Of a stretch of 64,000 nt of DNA, positions 11,998 to 21,065 are shown piece by piece. The notes under the pieces are model-generated. The model was not told where the DNA came from, searched no databases, and saw nothing but the letters and a program-made list of their open reading frames with translations. This DNA is from an uncultured Candidatus Peribacteria bacterium. GTDB taxonomy: Bacteria; Patescibacteriota; Gracilibacteria; Peribacterales; Peribacteraceae. Made by a program: the position numbers and the translations under genes. Positions within the stretch are counted from its first letter, which is position 1. The number at the start of each line of letters is the position of its first letter. The stretch lies in assembly GCA_964373065.1 (NCBI GenBank), contig CAYJSJ010000002.1:16903-80902 (forward strand), written 5' to 3'.

Positions 11998-12456
11998 ATG
12001 CAGAAAGATCATACCCGAGGGATAGAGATGGAACCGGATGGGATCGAGAGAGATGCCTTTCCTACGCTCGAAAAACTTGCGTACGCTGTCGCATTTTTGA
12101 ACCGGTATGCCAAAGTAATGGATACGTATGGCGGGGACGTAGCCGCAGGCCTTATTCCCGTTCTCGGCGATGCCACCACTTCCCTCGTTTCTTCCGGTGT
12201 GCAGCTGGGTCTCGCGTGGAAAACAAAGCTCCCGTTTAAAGATCAACTGAAGATTCTCCTCGGACACGGAATGGATCTCGTCATAGGAGCGGTGCCCCTC
12301 GTCGGTGATGTCGCCGATTATTTCTACAAGAGCAACGTGTACGCCAAAAACAGGTTCGTCGATCATTTTCAAAAGAGCGTGGAGCTCTCCCTCAGGGCAG
12401 GGAGTATTTCTGCCAAAGAAGCCGAGCGTCTGCGCACCATCGCCGGCGTTTCGTAA
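11998..12456 (+). CDS. DUF4112 domain membrane protein
   Basis: 152-aa ORF with the duplicated motif IPVLGDATTSLVS ... VPLVGDVADYFYKSNVYAKNRF, typical of DUF4112. Confidence 0.7.
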   Translation: MQKDHTRGIEMEPDGIERDAFPTLEKLAYAVAFLNRYAKVMDTYGGDVAAGLIPVLGDATTSLVSSGVQLGLAWKTKLPFKDQLKILLGHGMDLVIGAVPLVGDVADYFYKSNVYAKNRFVDHFQKSVELSLRAGSISAKEAERLRTIAGVS

Positions 12457-12478
12457 GGCAACATCGTTTGGGAGCTTC

Positions 12479-13009
12479 CTATTTTTTTCCACTGAGGAAG
12501 TTGATGCCTTTCCCGATAGTTTCTCCTCCTTTCTCCGCGATATTTTTGAATGCATCCCAACTGCCCTTCAAGAATCCTTTTGCCGCCGCCTCAGGGTTTC
12601 CGGCAATCACTTTCGCATCTTCTACGATCCCTTTGGCGCCTGCCGCGGCACCTTCGAAAGCTTTTCCTCCGATTCCGCGGAATTTGTTCCAGAGATCAAC
12701 GGCATCTTGCACATGCTTGGGAACAAAATTCTTCCAAAGAAAATTTCCGAGTGATTGCAGCCACTTCGCTACGGCTCCTGAGGCGCGGGCTGAAAGTGCC
12801 TTCAGTTGCACACCCACCCACTCGGCAGCCCCCGGGGTGAAATACACGCCGGCGGCGAGCAGGGCACCGACCCCAAGCGTAGAGAGAACTTTGTGCTTTC
12901 CCATCCATGCGAGAATGGATTCTTTCTGTTCATTGCGTTCGCGTGACTCGAAGTACTTTTCAAAAAACTCTCTGTCCTGGGCCGAAATTTCATAGGCGGG
13001 AACGCTCAT
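12479..13009 (-). CDS. Hypothetical membrane-anchored protein
   Basis: 176-aa ORF with one TM (VLSTLGVGALLAAGVYF) and a Gly/Ala/Lys-rich tail. Its start overlaps the stop of the upstream minus-strand ORF by 4 nt. The overlapping plus-strand ORF has a less protein-like composition. Confidence 0.55.
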   Translation of the reverse strand: MSVPAYEISAQDREFFEKYFESRERNEQKESILAWMGKHKVLSTLGVGALLAAGVYFTPGAAEWVGVQLKALSARASGAVAKWLQSLGNFLWKNFVPKHVQDAVDLWNKFRGIGGKAFEGAAAGAKGIVEDAKVIAGNPEAAAKGFLKGSWDAFKNIAEKGGETIGKGINFLSGKK

Positions 13010-13434
13010 GATGCGAGAAGGGAATGCTTATTACTCTCCAGAAGACCATGGCGAATATGGCTTACGTAGGACAATGCCTTCAGGTCCTCCGGCGATGCCA
13101 CTTCCTGCAGACCAAATTCTATGAGTGCGCTCACGCCCAATGCTCCAATGCCGGAGAAATACAGATGGAGGGTTTCTTCATCAAGATGCGAGAAATCAAC
13201 GCGCGCAATATCGCCGGTACTTTCGATTTCTTCCACGGCCTTCTTCACAAGATTCGCCACTGCAGGACGATTTTTCAGTTCCTTGAGTGTTTGCAGCCTT
13301 GTCTGCAGCAGATCTTCGGTCTCGAAACTGTCGTTTGTTTCCATTGTAACGGTGCCTCCCCACGCATCAGTGATGCTTTTGGGTACCTTTCCAAATAGAG
13401 CGTTCTCGGACTTTGTAAGAAGAAGCGTTTCCAT
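13006..13434 (-). CDS. Hypothetical acidic protein
   Basis: An internal ATG at 13434 gives a 142-aa product (METLLLTKSENALFG...). The longer track ORF would run into the pyrD gene. It is translationally coupled to 12479-13009. Confidence 0.5.
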   Translation of the reverse strand: METLLLTKSENALFGKVPKSITDAWGGTVTMETNDSFETEDLLQTRLQTLKELKNRPAVANLVKKAVEEIESTGDIARVDFSHLDEETLHLYFSGIGALGVSALIEFGLQEVASPEDLKALSYVSHIRHGLLESNKHSLLAS

Positions 13435-13500
13435 AGCTTTCAGTATAATGAGCCATATCCACAATGCCAATATTCCATTAGGATTCTCCGTGAACCGCTT

Positions 13501-14436
13501 ATGAACCTTTCCCAGACCATTCTCGGCATAACCTTTGAAAACCCTACGGTGCTCGCTTCGGGCATTTGGGGAATTACCGCTGCGGGATGGAAAGAAGTCG
13601 CACGAAACGGCGCAGGTGCTATCACGACAAAGTCGCTCTGGCGTAAAGAACATAAGGGTCATAAAAACCCTGTGATTATCGAAACCGAACACTGGATGCT
13701 CAACGCCGTTGGAGTGCCGGATGCCGGTCCGGAGAAGGCGAAGGAGGAGATCGGTGCATATATGAAAGATCACCCAGTGCCGCTCATCGCAAACATCATC
13801 GCGGAGTCCGTGGAGAATTTTGCGCAGACCGCCGAGGCGATCAAAGCACTCAAACCCGATGCGTTTGAAGTGAATATCTCCTGTCCGAATGTAGAGGACG
13901 AGTTCGGCAAACCCTTCGCATGTTCCGCACCCGAAGCGGCGAAGGTGACGAAGGCGGTGAAAAAGGTGAGCGGCAAGATTCCCGTCTTCATCAAGCTCTC
14001 ACCGAACGTCGACAGTATTGCGGCCGTTGCCATTGCATGTGCGGAAGCGGGAGCCGATGGATTTACAGTCATCAACACAGTCGGTCCGGGGATGGCGATC
14101 GATCTCCGGAGTCGTATGCCGATTTTGGCCAATAAAGTCGGCGGACTCTCGGGACCTGCTATCAAACCGATCGCCGTGAAGTGCATCGCGGATGTCTATG
14201 CAGCGACGAAGGGCATGCTTCCTATCATCGGAACGGGCGGCGTGTACACGGGAGAGGATGCTTTGGAACTCATGCTCGCAGGAGCGTCGCTCATTGGCAT
14301 AGGATCGGCAGTTTCCAAACGAGGAGCGGATGTGTTCCGCCAGGTTTGTGAAGAAATCCAATTCTGGTGCACCAATGAAGGAGTGGATAATGTTTCGGAT
14401 ATGGTGGGAGGGATGCATACGGTGGTGAAATTCTAA
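13501..14436 (+). CDS. pyrD: Dihydroorotate dehydrogenase, class 1B catalytic subunit
   Basis: 311-aa ORF. NPTVLASG, TKS, NISCPN, GLSGPAIKPIA and GTGGV motifs. Followed by pyrK. Confidence 0.93.
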   Translation: MNLSQTILGITFENPTVLASGIWGITAAGWKEVARNGAGAITTKSLWRKEHKGHKNPVIIETEHWMLNAVGVPDAGPEKAKEEIGAYMKDHPVPLIANIIAESVENFAQTAEAIKALKPDAFEVNISCPNVEDEFGKPFACSAPEAAKVTKAVKKVSGKIPVFIKLSPNVDSIAAVAIACAEAGADGFTVINTVGPGMAIDLRSRMPILANKVGGLSGPAIKPIAVKCIADVYAATKGMLPIIGTGGVYTGEDALELMLAGASLIGIGSAVSKRGADVFRQVCEEIQFWCTNEGVDNVSDMVGGMHTVVKF

Positions 14437-14563
14437 ATTCTAAATCCTAAATCCTAAGCACTAAAACTCACGCAGAGCTCATATCTCCAAAATAACTATG
14501 TTGCATTGTGTCCTTTGGATTTGTTTGGGATTTAGGATTTAGGATTTCGTGCTTAGGGTTTGG
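14428..14563. repeat. ORF-less inverted-repeat element of the ctaaatc word family in the pyrD-pyrK spacer
   Basis: The left arm has a 7-nt period (aaattctaaattctaaatcctaaatcctaagcactaaaac), and the right arm is ggatttgtttgggatttaggatttaggatttcgtgcttagggtttgg. Bases 14442-14457 are the reverse complement of 14532-14547. The right arm contains tttgtttGGgatttag, close to 8064-8079. Confidence 0.8.
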
Positions 14564-14582
14564 TTACGGTAGACTATATTCA

Positions 14583-15437
14583 ATGAGTTCAATTTCTCTC
14601 CAGAGCCGTCTTCCCCGCACCTACCACATCAAGGAGATTAAACAGGAGACCGAGATGGTGAGCACATTTACCTTCGACGGTTCACTCGGGGCAAAGCCCG
14701 GCCAATTTGTAATGGTGTGGCTACCTGGTGTTGACGAAGTGCCCATGAGTGTTGCCTACGATGATGGCGCGGAAACCAAGATCACGTTCTTTGCGGTTGG
14801 TGACATGACCGAAGAGCTCGCCAAAGCTAAAGTTGGGGATCTGGTGGGGTTACGCGGGCCATTTGGAACGCACTACGAATGGGACGCAGGTGATCATATC
14901 GTCCTTGTCGCAGGAGGCTACGGTGCCGCGCCGATGTACTTCGTCGCTTCGGAAGCCGTTAAGAACGGTTGTACGCTCGAAGCCATTGTCGGAGCGCGTG
15001 GCAAAGAGCATCTTTTGTACCTCAAGGAACTCGAGTCCCTCAAACATGTTTCGCTGCACATAGCTACTGACGATGGTTCTATGGGCCATAAAGGGTATAA
15101 CACGCAGGTTCTGGAGAAACTTCTTGCCTCGTGCCCGCTTGATTCTGGCAAGGCAACGGCTGGCGATTGCTCTCCCATCGATACAATATTCGCATGCGGT
15201 CCGGAAATGATGCTGAAATCTGTCATGGACATCTGTGCGAAGTTTTCGGTTCCGTGCCAGCTCTCTCTCGAGAGGTACATGAAATGCGGGTTCGGCATCT
15301 GCGGCAATTGTTGCGTCGATCCTCTCGGTATACGCCTTTGCACCGAGGGGCCGGTGGTGAAAGGGGAGATCTGTGCACAGATAAAAGAGTTTGGGGAGTA
15401 TCACAGGGATGATTTGGGGAAAAAGCATTCTTTTTAG
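14583..15437 (+). CDS. pyrK: Dihydroorotate dehydrogenase electron-transfer subunit (FAD/[2Fe-2S])
   Basis: ATG at 14583. C-terminal cluster motif CGFGICGNCC, FNR-like fold motifs, and position directly after pyrD. Confidence 0.9.
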   Translation: MSSISLQSRLPRTYHIKEIKQETEMVSTFTFDGSLGAKPGQFVMVWLPGVDEVPMSVAYDDGAETKITFFAVGDMTEELAKAKVGDLVGLRGPFGTHYEWDAGDHIVLVAGGYGAAPMYFVASEAVKNGCTLEAIVGARGKEHLLYLKELESLKHVSLHIATDDGSMGHKGYNTQVLEKLLASCPLDSGKATAGDCSPIDTIFACGPEMMLKSVMDICAKFSVPCQLSLERYMKCGFGICGNCCVDPLGIRLCTEGPVVKGEICAQIKEFGEYHRDDLGKKHSF

Positions 15438-15558
15438 CACTCTAAACTTGCGAGTGATAATGCACAGTGCTATACTGTATTTGTATTTCTCCCTTTTTCC
15501 TATGTTTGATGGTGGATCTGGCGGCTGCAGTTGCTAACTGTAGCATATGCCCAAAAAA

Positions 15559-15585
15559 GCGGCCCCCGAAGGGGCCGCTTTTTTT
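15559..15585 (+). terminator. Rho-independent terminator (bidirectional type)
   Basis: gcggcccc-cgaa-ggggccgc followed by ttttttt and preceded by aaaaaa. It lies between convergent pyrK and the minus-strand ORF 15621-16049. Confidence 0.85.
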
Positions 15586-15620
15586 CATTCGTCTATTGCG
15601 GTACCGTATCGTTACTTTTG

Positions 15621-16049
15621 CTAGAACCGTATTGTCCTCTCGATCCAGATCACTTCCGCTTGTCTGCGGGAACTGCGCGCTTCCTTCAGGGAAGCGGTCT
15701 GCTTTCGGATTTTTATGGGGACGTTTCGATCGTTCTTCCCACAGATGTTCTCTGCATCACGGCAACGAAGAATATACAGCCCATGAAACCCAATGCCTGC
15801 AAGCACTATGAGCATGCCGAGGGCGATCATGCCAAATGACGGTCCTGTGTTTTCCATGGCGGCAGGGAAGACCGTTTGCTTGACTATGAGCATCGGCTCC
15901 GATGCATGGATCGTACCGAGGTACGCACCTTGTTCAGTCAATGAGGCATTCAACTGTATCTCCGTTCCGAGCAACCCTACAGCCGTACCGAAGATCATGA
16001 GCAATGTGCCAAGCGTGTGGAACCGTACATGGTTTGTGTTAATCGCCAT
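15621..16049 (-). CDS. Hypothetical membrane protein
   Basis: 142-aa ORF with about 3 hydrophobic segments. No family recognised. Confidence 0.5.
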   Translation of the reverse strand: MAINTNHVRFHTLGTLLMIFGTAVGLLGTEIQLNASLTEQGAYLGTIHASEPMLIVKQTVFPAAMENTGPSFGMIALGMLIVLAGIGFHGLYILRCRDAENICGKNDRNVPIKIRKQTASLKEARSSRRQAEVIWIERTIRF

Positions 16050-16171
16050 TATAGATATTATACCATAAATCTATAAATTATACAAGTTCCCAATATACAC
16101 AGCACGAAGTGCTCGTGACCTCTCCCTGTTCATTTACAGGACATGTCATATCAGTACAATGTCTCTACCGC

Positions 16172-16246
16172 GGCCCCATCGTCTAACGGTTAGGACATCG
16201 GCTTTTCAAGCCGGTAACGGGAGTTCGATTCTCCCTGGGGCTGCCA
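16172..16246 (+). tRNA. tRNA-Glu: tRNA-Glu (anticodon UUC)
   Basis: Manual cloverleaf: acceptor GGCCCCA/TGGGGCT, D-arm TCGTCTAACGGTTAGGAC, anticodon stem TCGGC/GCCGG with loop TTTTCAA, T-arm GGGAG-TTCGATT-CTCCC, encoded CCA. Confidence 0.9.
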
Positions 16247-16564
16247 GTTTCGTGAAAGTGGCAGGCTGCGTTCGCAAAAATTCGAACAGATTTTAGCAGC
16301 TCCGCTCGCCGGCCATAACCTCTCGACCCTCGTAGCCTTGGCGAAGTGGGTTGGCGACGGCTGGACGACCGACCGTTTCGGAAAACCGCCAAAGAACCCG
16401 GAAAACAATCGGCTCGAACATTCTTCGGTCCGCCAAACGCAAACTTTTTCTCGATACTCATGCACAAATCTTATCACCTTTTTATGAGTGTACAATCGTA
16501 CACCAAAACATTTATTCCAATGACGCACTACAAGTTTTGCACAAGTCGATATATATTATCCCAT

Positions 16565-17344
16565 ATGAAACTTCCAAACGACTTTATCGATAAGATGATT
16601 TGCGGCGATTGCATACAAGTGATGCGGAAAATGCCAGACAAGAGTATCGATTTAGTCGTAACTAGTCCGCCTTATAATTTAAAAAATTCAACAGGGAATG
16701 GTATGAAAGATGGAAGGGGTGGCAAATGGTCAGGAGCCGCACTCATGAACGGATACTCCCATCATCATGATGCAATGCCACACGATGAGTATGCTAAGTG
16801 GCAACGCGAATGCCTGACAGAAATGTTCAGGGTCATTACAGACGATGGTGCGATTTTCTATAATCATAAATGGAGAGTGCAGGCAGGGCTTCTGCAAGAC
16901 AGACAAGACATCGTATCTGGCTTCCCTGTAAGACAGATTATTATTTGGAAGCGAAAGGGCGGCTTTAACTTTAATGCAGGGTATTTTCTCCCTACATATG
17001 AGGTTATTTACCTTATTGCAAAGCCAGAATTCAAACTTGTTCCTAAGGCAAATGCATTTGGAGACGTCTGGGAGTTTACGCAGGAGATGAATAATCCTCA
17101 TCCAGCTGCGTTCCCCGCTGCTCTCATTGATCGGATTATCTCATCTACCACAGCACAGATAATTCTTGATCCATTCATGGGTTCAGGTACAACAGCCGTG
17201 GCTGCCAAGGAGCTTCGTCGACACTTTATCGGAATAGATATATCGCCTGACTATTGCCAAATGGCAGAGGAACGCATAGGCATAGCAAAGACCAGAGAAG
17301 TGTATAACCTCCCTCAAAAACAGCTTGCGTTATTTCACGCCTAG
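16565..17344 (+). CDS. Type II DNA methyltransferase, beta class (probably N4-cytosine)
   Basis: ATG at 16565. Motif IV DLVVTSPPYN precedes motif I ILDPFMGSGTTAVAA (permuted beta order). SPPY is typical of m4C enzymes. AT-rich. Confidence 0.88.
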   Translation: MKLPNDFIDKMICGDCIQVMRKMPDKSIDLVVTSPPYNLKNSTGNGMKDGRGGKWSGAALMNGYSHHHDAMPHDEYAKWQRECLTEMFRVITDDGAIFYNHKWRVQAGLLQDRQDIVSGFPVRQIIIWKRKGGFNFNAGYFLPTYEVIYLIAKPEFKLVPKANAFGDVWEFTQEMNNPHPAAFPAALIDRIISSTTAQIILDPFMGSGTTAVAAKELRRHFIGIDISPDYCQMAEERIGIAKTREVYNLPQKQLALFHA

Positions 17345-17347
17345 ACT

Positions 17348-18133
17348 ATGCAAATCTATACAAAGAAATCTCTCATTGAAAAGCTGCTGGAGATTGTTAA
17401 AAAGGGATGGATCCCAAACAGTCGTCATGGAAATCACGGCGGCATTGGCAATACTCTCGAAGACCTTCTCGGCATCAAAGAAAATAATTTACCAATTCCG
17501 AATGCTGCCGAATGGGAACTAAAGGCACAATGTCTCAACTCCACTTCGCTCACAACGCTTTTTCATACTGAACCATCACCGCGTGCTATACGCTTTGTTC
17601 CACAGGTACTCTTGCCAAAGTACGGCTGGGCGCATCAAGAGGATGGCAAAAAATACGCAAAAGGTGAAATGAGCTTCCGGCAAACAATACATGGAAAATC
17701 GCGAAGTGATCGTGGCTTCAAAGTAATGATTGATCGAAAATCACAGAAGATTTTGATTTCCTTTGATGCGCAAAGTGTTGACCCACGGCACAAGGATTGG
17801 ATCAAATCTGTAAAAAAACGTGTTGGCCTTGATGAACTCAGCCCACAACCATATTGGGGGTTTGACGACTTGGAACATAAGGCCGGCACAAAGCTACTCA
17901 ATACCTTTTACGTTCAGGCAGAAGTTAAAATCAAGAATAAGAAAGAATACTATCACTATGTAAAAGTAATGATGCTTCAAAATTTTAGTTTCGAAGGATT
18001 TCTGAAAGCATTAGAGGAAGGGAAAATCCTCGTGGACTTTGACGCTCGTACTGGACACAATCACGGCACAAAATTCCGCATGAGACAGGAATGCTTGCCG
18101 ATGTTGTATGAAAATAAGCGAATTATCCTCTAA
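17348..18133 (+). CDS. Type II restriction endonuclease, MvaI/BcnI (MutH-like) family
   Basis: 261-aa ORF starting 4 nt after the methylase stop. The N-terminal pattern GIGNTLEDLLGIKENNLPIPNAAEWELK and the C-terminal DFDARTGHNHGTKFR resemble MvaI/BcnI-type enzymes. The family call is from memory, not a search. Confidence 0.7.
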   Translation: MQIYTKKSLIEKLLEIVKKGWIPNSRHGNHGGIGNTLEDLLGIKENNLPIPNAAEWELKAQCLNSTSLTTLFHTEPSPRAIRFVPQVLLPKYGWAHQEDGKKYAKGEMSFRQTIHGKSRSDRGFKVMIDRKSQKILISFDAQSVDPRHKDWIKSVKKRVGLDELSPQPYWGFDDLEHKAGTKLLNTFYVQAEVKIKNKKEYYHYVKVMMLQNFSFEGFLKALEEGKILVDFDARTGHNHGTKFRMRQECLPMLYENKRIIL

Positions 18134-18231
18134 AGTATGGCACTAAACACTTCAGGAACTTTCTATAATAAGTTGAGCGGAAAGCGTGAAGATTCTGCTG
18201 ATTTAAAATCATGTATCGAAAAAACGGTTAC

Positions 18232-18878
18232 TAAATAAGAATCACTAAACCACCGGCTCTGCCGGTGAGACTTTCGTGTGTTCTACCATTCCGGCATTGA
18301 TTTACGATGAACGCGGAGAAGCCCCTGGAAGAGCGTTTCCCCACGTTCATCATGCGATCTTTACAATCACAGAGTCACGCAGTCTGGGACTGCAAATACC
18401 ATGTTGTCATTGTACCCAAATACCGCAAGAAAGTTCTCTATGGAAATGTCCGGGTGCAGATCGGAAAGATACTCAGAGAACTCGCGAAACAGAAGGAATG
18501 CGAAATCCTCGAAGGAGGTGCTCCACCCGACCACATGCACTTCGTTATTTCCATTCCTCCCAAATACTCCGTTGCCTACATGATGGGATTCCTGAAAGGG
18601 AAATCAGCCATCAAAGCTCATAACACGTTCTGCAAAAAACACAGAGTGATCGCACAAAAATCGCTCTGGGCACGTGGTTACTTCGTTTCAACCGTTGGCA
18701 TCGACGAAGACACCATCAGAGCATACGTGAAGAATCAGATAGAAGAGGATCGATCGGAAGACCGCAATCCCAAGCTCGATCTCAGTCGGGACGAATAAGA
18801 ACAGCCGGTGGCTTTGATTCACTTTAGCAAGCCCCTTCTAGGGGCTCTCCTCAAGCCACCGGTTCTACCGGTGGTTAC
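18232..18878 (+). mobile_element. IS200/IS605-family element carrying tnpA only
   Basis: Subterminal hairpins caccgg-ctctg-ccggtg (18251-18267) and ccaccgg-ttcta-ccggtgg (18856-18874) bracket a Y1 transposase gene. GGTTAC occurs just 5' of the left hairpin (18226-18231) and at the right end (18873-18878). Confidence 0.75.
18352..18798 (+). CDS. tnpA: IS200/IS605 family Y1 (HUH) transposase TnpA
   Basis: WDCKYHVVIVPKYRKKVL, HUH motif PDHMHFVISIP, catalytic Tyr region ARGYFVSTVG. Alternative start at 18307. Confidence 0.9.
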   Translation: MRSLQSQSHAVWDCKYHVVIVPKYRKKVLYGNVRVQIGKILRELAKQKECEILEGGAPPDHMHFVISIPPKYSVAYMMGFLKGKSAIKAHNTFCKKHRVIAQKSLWARGYFVSTVGIDEDTIRAYVKNQIEEDRSEDRNPKLDLSRDE

Positions 18879-19669
18879 TGACCAATCCCCCTCGCAAACG
18901 AGCTGCTTCTCTGACGAGTTCATTCCGGTACTTTCCGCCTCCAACTTTTACATCTCGTACGATCTGGCTAGCAATCACTATATTCGAATTTTGAGATGAC
19001 TCTGGCATAGGAAAAATTATGCTATTGAAATGATGTACAATGTCAATAGCATAGCATCGTAAGGGGGCATTTTCTCGTGTCTGGACGCTTCCAAAGCCCT
19101 GAACTCAAACAAGTACAGAGGCCGTAGGTCAACTGTCTGCCGTTGTCGAACGCCTGACCATGCTCAAGCATCCCGCTACCATGGACACCATCGGAGAATG
19201 GCGCAGCAAGCGTGATGAGAAGACGATCGAAGAAGCGAGGAAGAGGCTGGGTGGTATGAATGTTTCTTATCAAGGACATCCGTACCTACCCCGCTTTCCA
19301 CACACACGGCTCTTTGCATTTGCTGCAGTATTGTTCACCGTTATCGTGTGCCGCCCCCGCCGCGCACTTTGCGCCACAGCAATCTGAGCGGATTTTTTTC
19401 TGAAGAGTACCGGGAATCTGCCTTCTCACACTCACGGAGAGGTGCTTGGGGCAGTACTGTTTTCCGTGAGACTTTTTACCGCAGCCTTTCGTATTGCAGA
19501 TGTCGCGTTGAGTTTGGCGAATGGCGGGAGAGGGGAGAAAGCACGCAACGTGCGCGAAAGCATAGTAGAGGCTTTTCACCGTTTTGCCAAGAAGAACGTA
19601 CAGATAGTGCTCTACGATCGCAGGTTAAAAACAGGGTAATAGAGCTGCAGGTTGTGCGTCAGTGGGTCG

Positions 19670-20416
19670 CTAGAGACTGTAGAGCAACGATGCGCCTGCG
19701 ATAATGCAGGCCAGTTGCAGCAATGAATATGTTGCGCGTGTTTCTTTATGCAGTGCGGGAATAAGATCTGCACCGGCAATATAGAGAAAATTTCCCGCGG
19801 TCAGCGGTAGCAATACCTCTTCTATGTTGTCCACGTGTCCTCGAAGAAAGAGCACGATCGCCACTCCGGCAAATGCGGTGAGCGCGGAGAGAAAGTTCAC
19901 AACGAGTGCTTGTACTCTGGAATAGCCGCTATGCAGCAGTATGGAAAAGTCGCCGATCTCCTGCGGAATTTCATGGAGTATCACGGTAAGCGTTACGGCA
20001 ATTCCAAGCTGCATATCGGCAAGATACGCAACGGCGATCAGCATGCCATCGAGCACATTGTGCGCTGCGTCGCCGAATAAAATCATATTCCCAACGGGGT
20101 GGATGTGCTGCGAACATTCCAATGAATGGCAGTGATGCCAGTGAATAAACTTCTCTATGACGAAGGAAAAGAGAATGCCTACAAACACCATCATCAGGGA
20201 CGTGGAAAGATTCTTCGTTTCTTCAATCACTTCCGGTAGTAAATGCATAAAAACATTGCCGAAGAGCGCTCCCGTTGCGAAGCTGACGAGGTACTGGAGA
20301 ATCTTCTGTACGATGTCATCGCGGATGGAGAGCAGGAAGATGCCGACGAATGAAATAAGGCTTACCCCCAAGACACTCAGGAAGATCCATGGAAGGACTG
20401 CGATATTCGTCATCAT
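19670..20416 (-). CDS. ZIP family divalent metal transporter (ZupT-like)
   Basis: 248-aa polytopic ORF. FGNVFMHLLPE and HEIPQEIGDF motifs plus a His-rich loop HWHHCH. Confidence 0.88.
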   Translation of the reverse strand: MMTNIAVLPWIFLSVLGVSLISFVGIFLLSIRDDIVQKILQYLVSFATGALFGNVFMHLLPEVIEETKNLSTSLMMVFVGILFSFVIEKFIHWHHCHSLECSQHIHPVGNMILFGDAAHNVLDGMLIAVAYLADMQLGIAVTLTVILHEIPQEIGDFSILLHSGYSRVQALVVNFLSALTAFAGVAIVLFLRGHVDNIEEVLLPLTAGNFLYIAGADLIPALHKETRATYSLLQLACIIAGASLLYSL

Positions 20417-20528
20417 GGTTTTTTGCTCAGGGAAGTCGTAGCGGGCAGTATACCCCTGCTCGGCAGCCGGTCAAAGAGATCACATGTTTTTTCAGCAGCA
20501 TTCTTTTATATTTTGGTACATTATCCCC

Positions 20529-21065
20529 ATGCAACCCGTCGATATCCTTCTTCTCTTCCTTATTTTGTGGGTGGTTGCCATCGTTCTGATGGTGTTCACA
20601 TCCGTGTTTCTGCGTGCTCCGTATGTTCCGACCCCCGTAAAGGTGGCAAAGCAGATGGTGCATTTTGCGGGGTTACAGGGGAAGGAGACGGTCTACGACT
20701 TGGGTGCCGGTGATGCGCGGCTTCTCATAGAGACAAAGCGGATGCATCCGCAGACTGTTGCAAAGGGGTTTGAGTTGTCGCCGCCCGTGTATCTGGCGGG
20801 GCTCTTTCGCATCTGGATGTCCGGGACATCCGTATCCCTCCGTATGCGAAACTTTTTTTCGCAGGATGTTTCCGATGCAGATTGTATTTACTTGTATCTC
20901 ATGCCCGGAGCTATGAAGCGGCTGCAAGAGAAGTTTGAACATGAACTGAAGCGAGGGACGAAGATCGTGTCGCATGCGTTCACGTTTCCCGATCGCACGC
21001 CGCTGAAGACTATGCCAGTGCCGTGGCTGAAGGGAGAGAAGAAGATCTACCTGTATGAATGGTGA
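20529..21065 (+). CDS. Membrane-anchored class I SAM-dependent methyltransferase
   Basis: ATG at 20529. N-terminal TM, then motif I VYDLGAGDARL. Small methyltransferase fold. Confidence 0.7.
   Translation: MQPVDILLLFLILWVVAIVLMVFTSVFLRAPYVPTPVKVAKQMVHFAGLQGKETVYDLGAGDARLLIETKRMHPQTVAKGFELSPPVYLAGLFRIWMSGTSVSLRMRNFFSQDVSDADCIYLYLMPGAMKRLQEKFEHELKRGTKIVSHAFTFPDRTPLKTMPVPWLKGEKKIYLYEW

Noticed and set aside
12468-12995. 175-aa plus-strand ORF overlapping the minus-strand ORF 12479-13009
   Set aside because: It is Pro/Ser/Ala/Phe-rich and low in complexity. The minus-strand frame has a TM helix, balanced composition and start/stop coupling to its upstream neighbour. The choice remains moderately uncertain.
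16247-19669. Direct repeat of the tRNA-Glu 3' end marking an integrated element (attL/attR)
   Set aside because: No match longer than 6 nt to the tRNA 3' half was found in the island, so the integration boundaries cannot be claimed.
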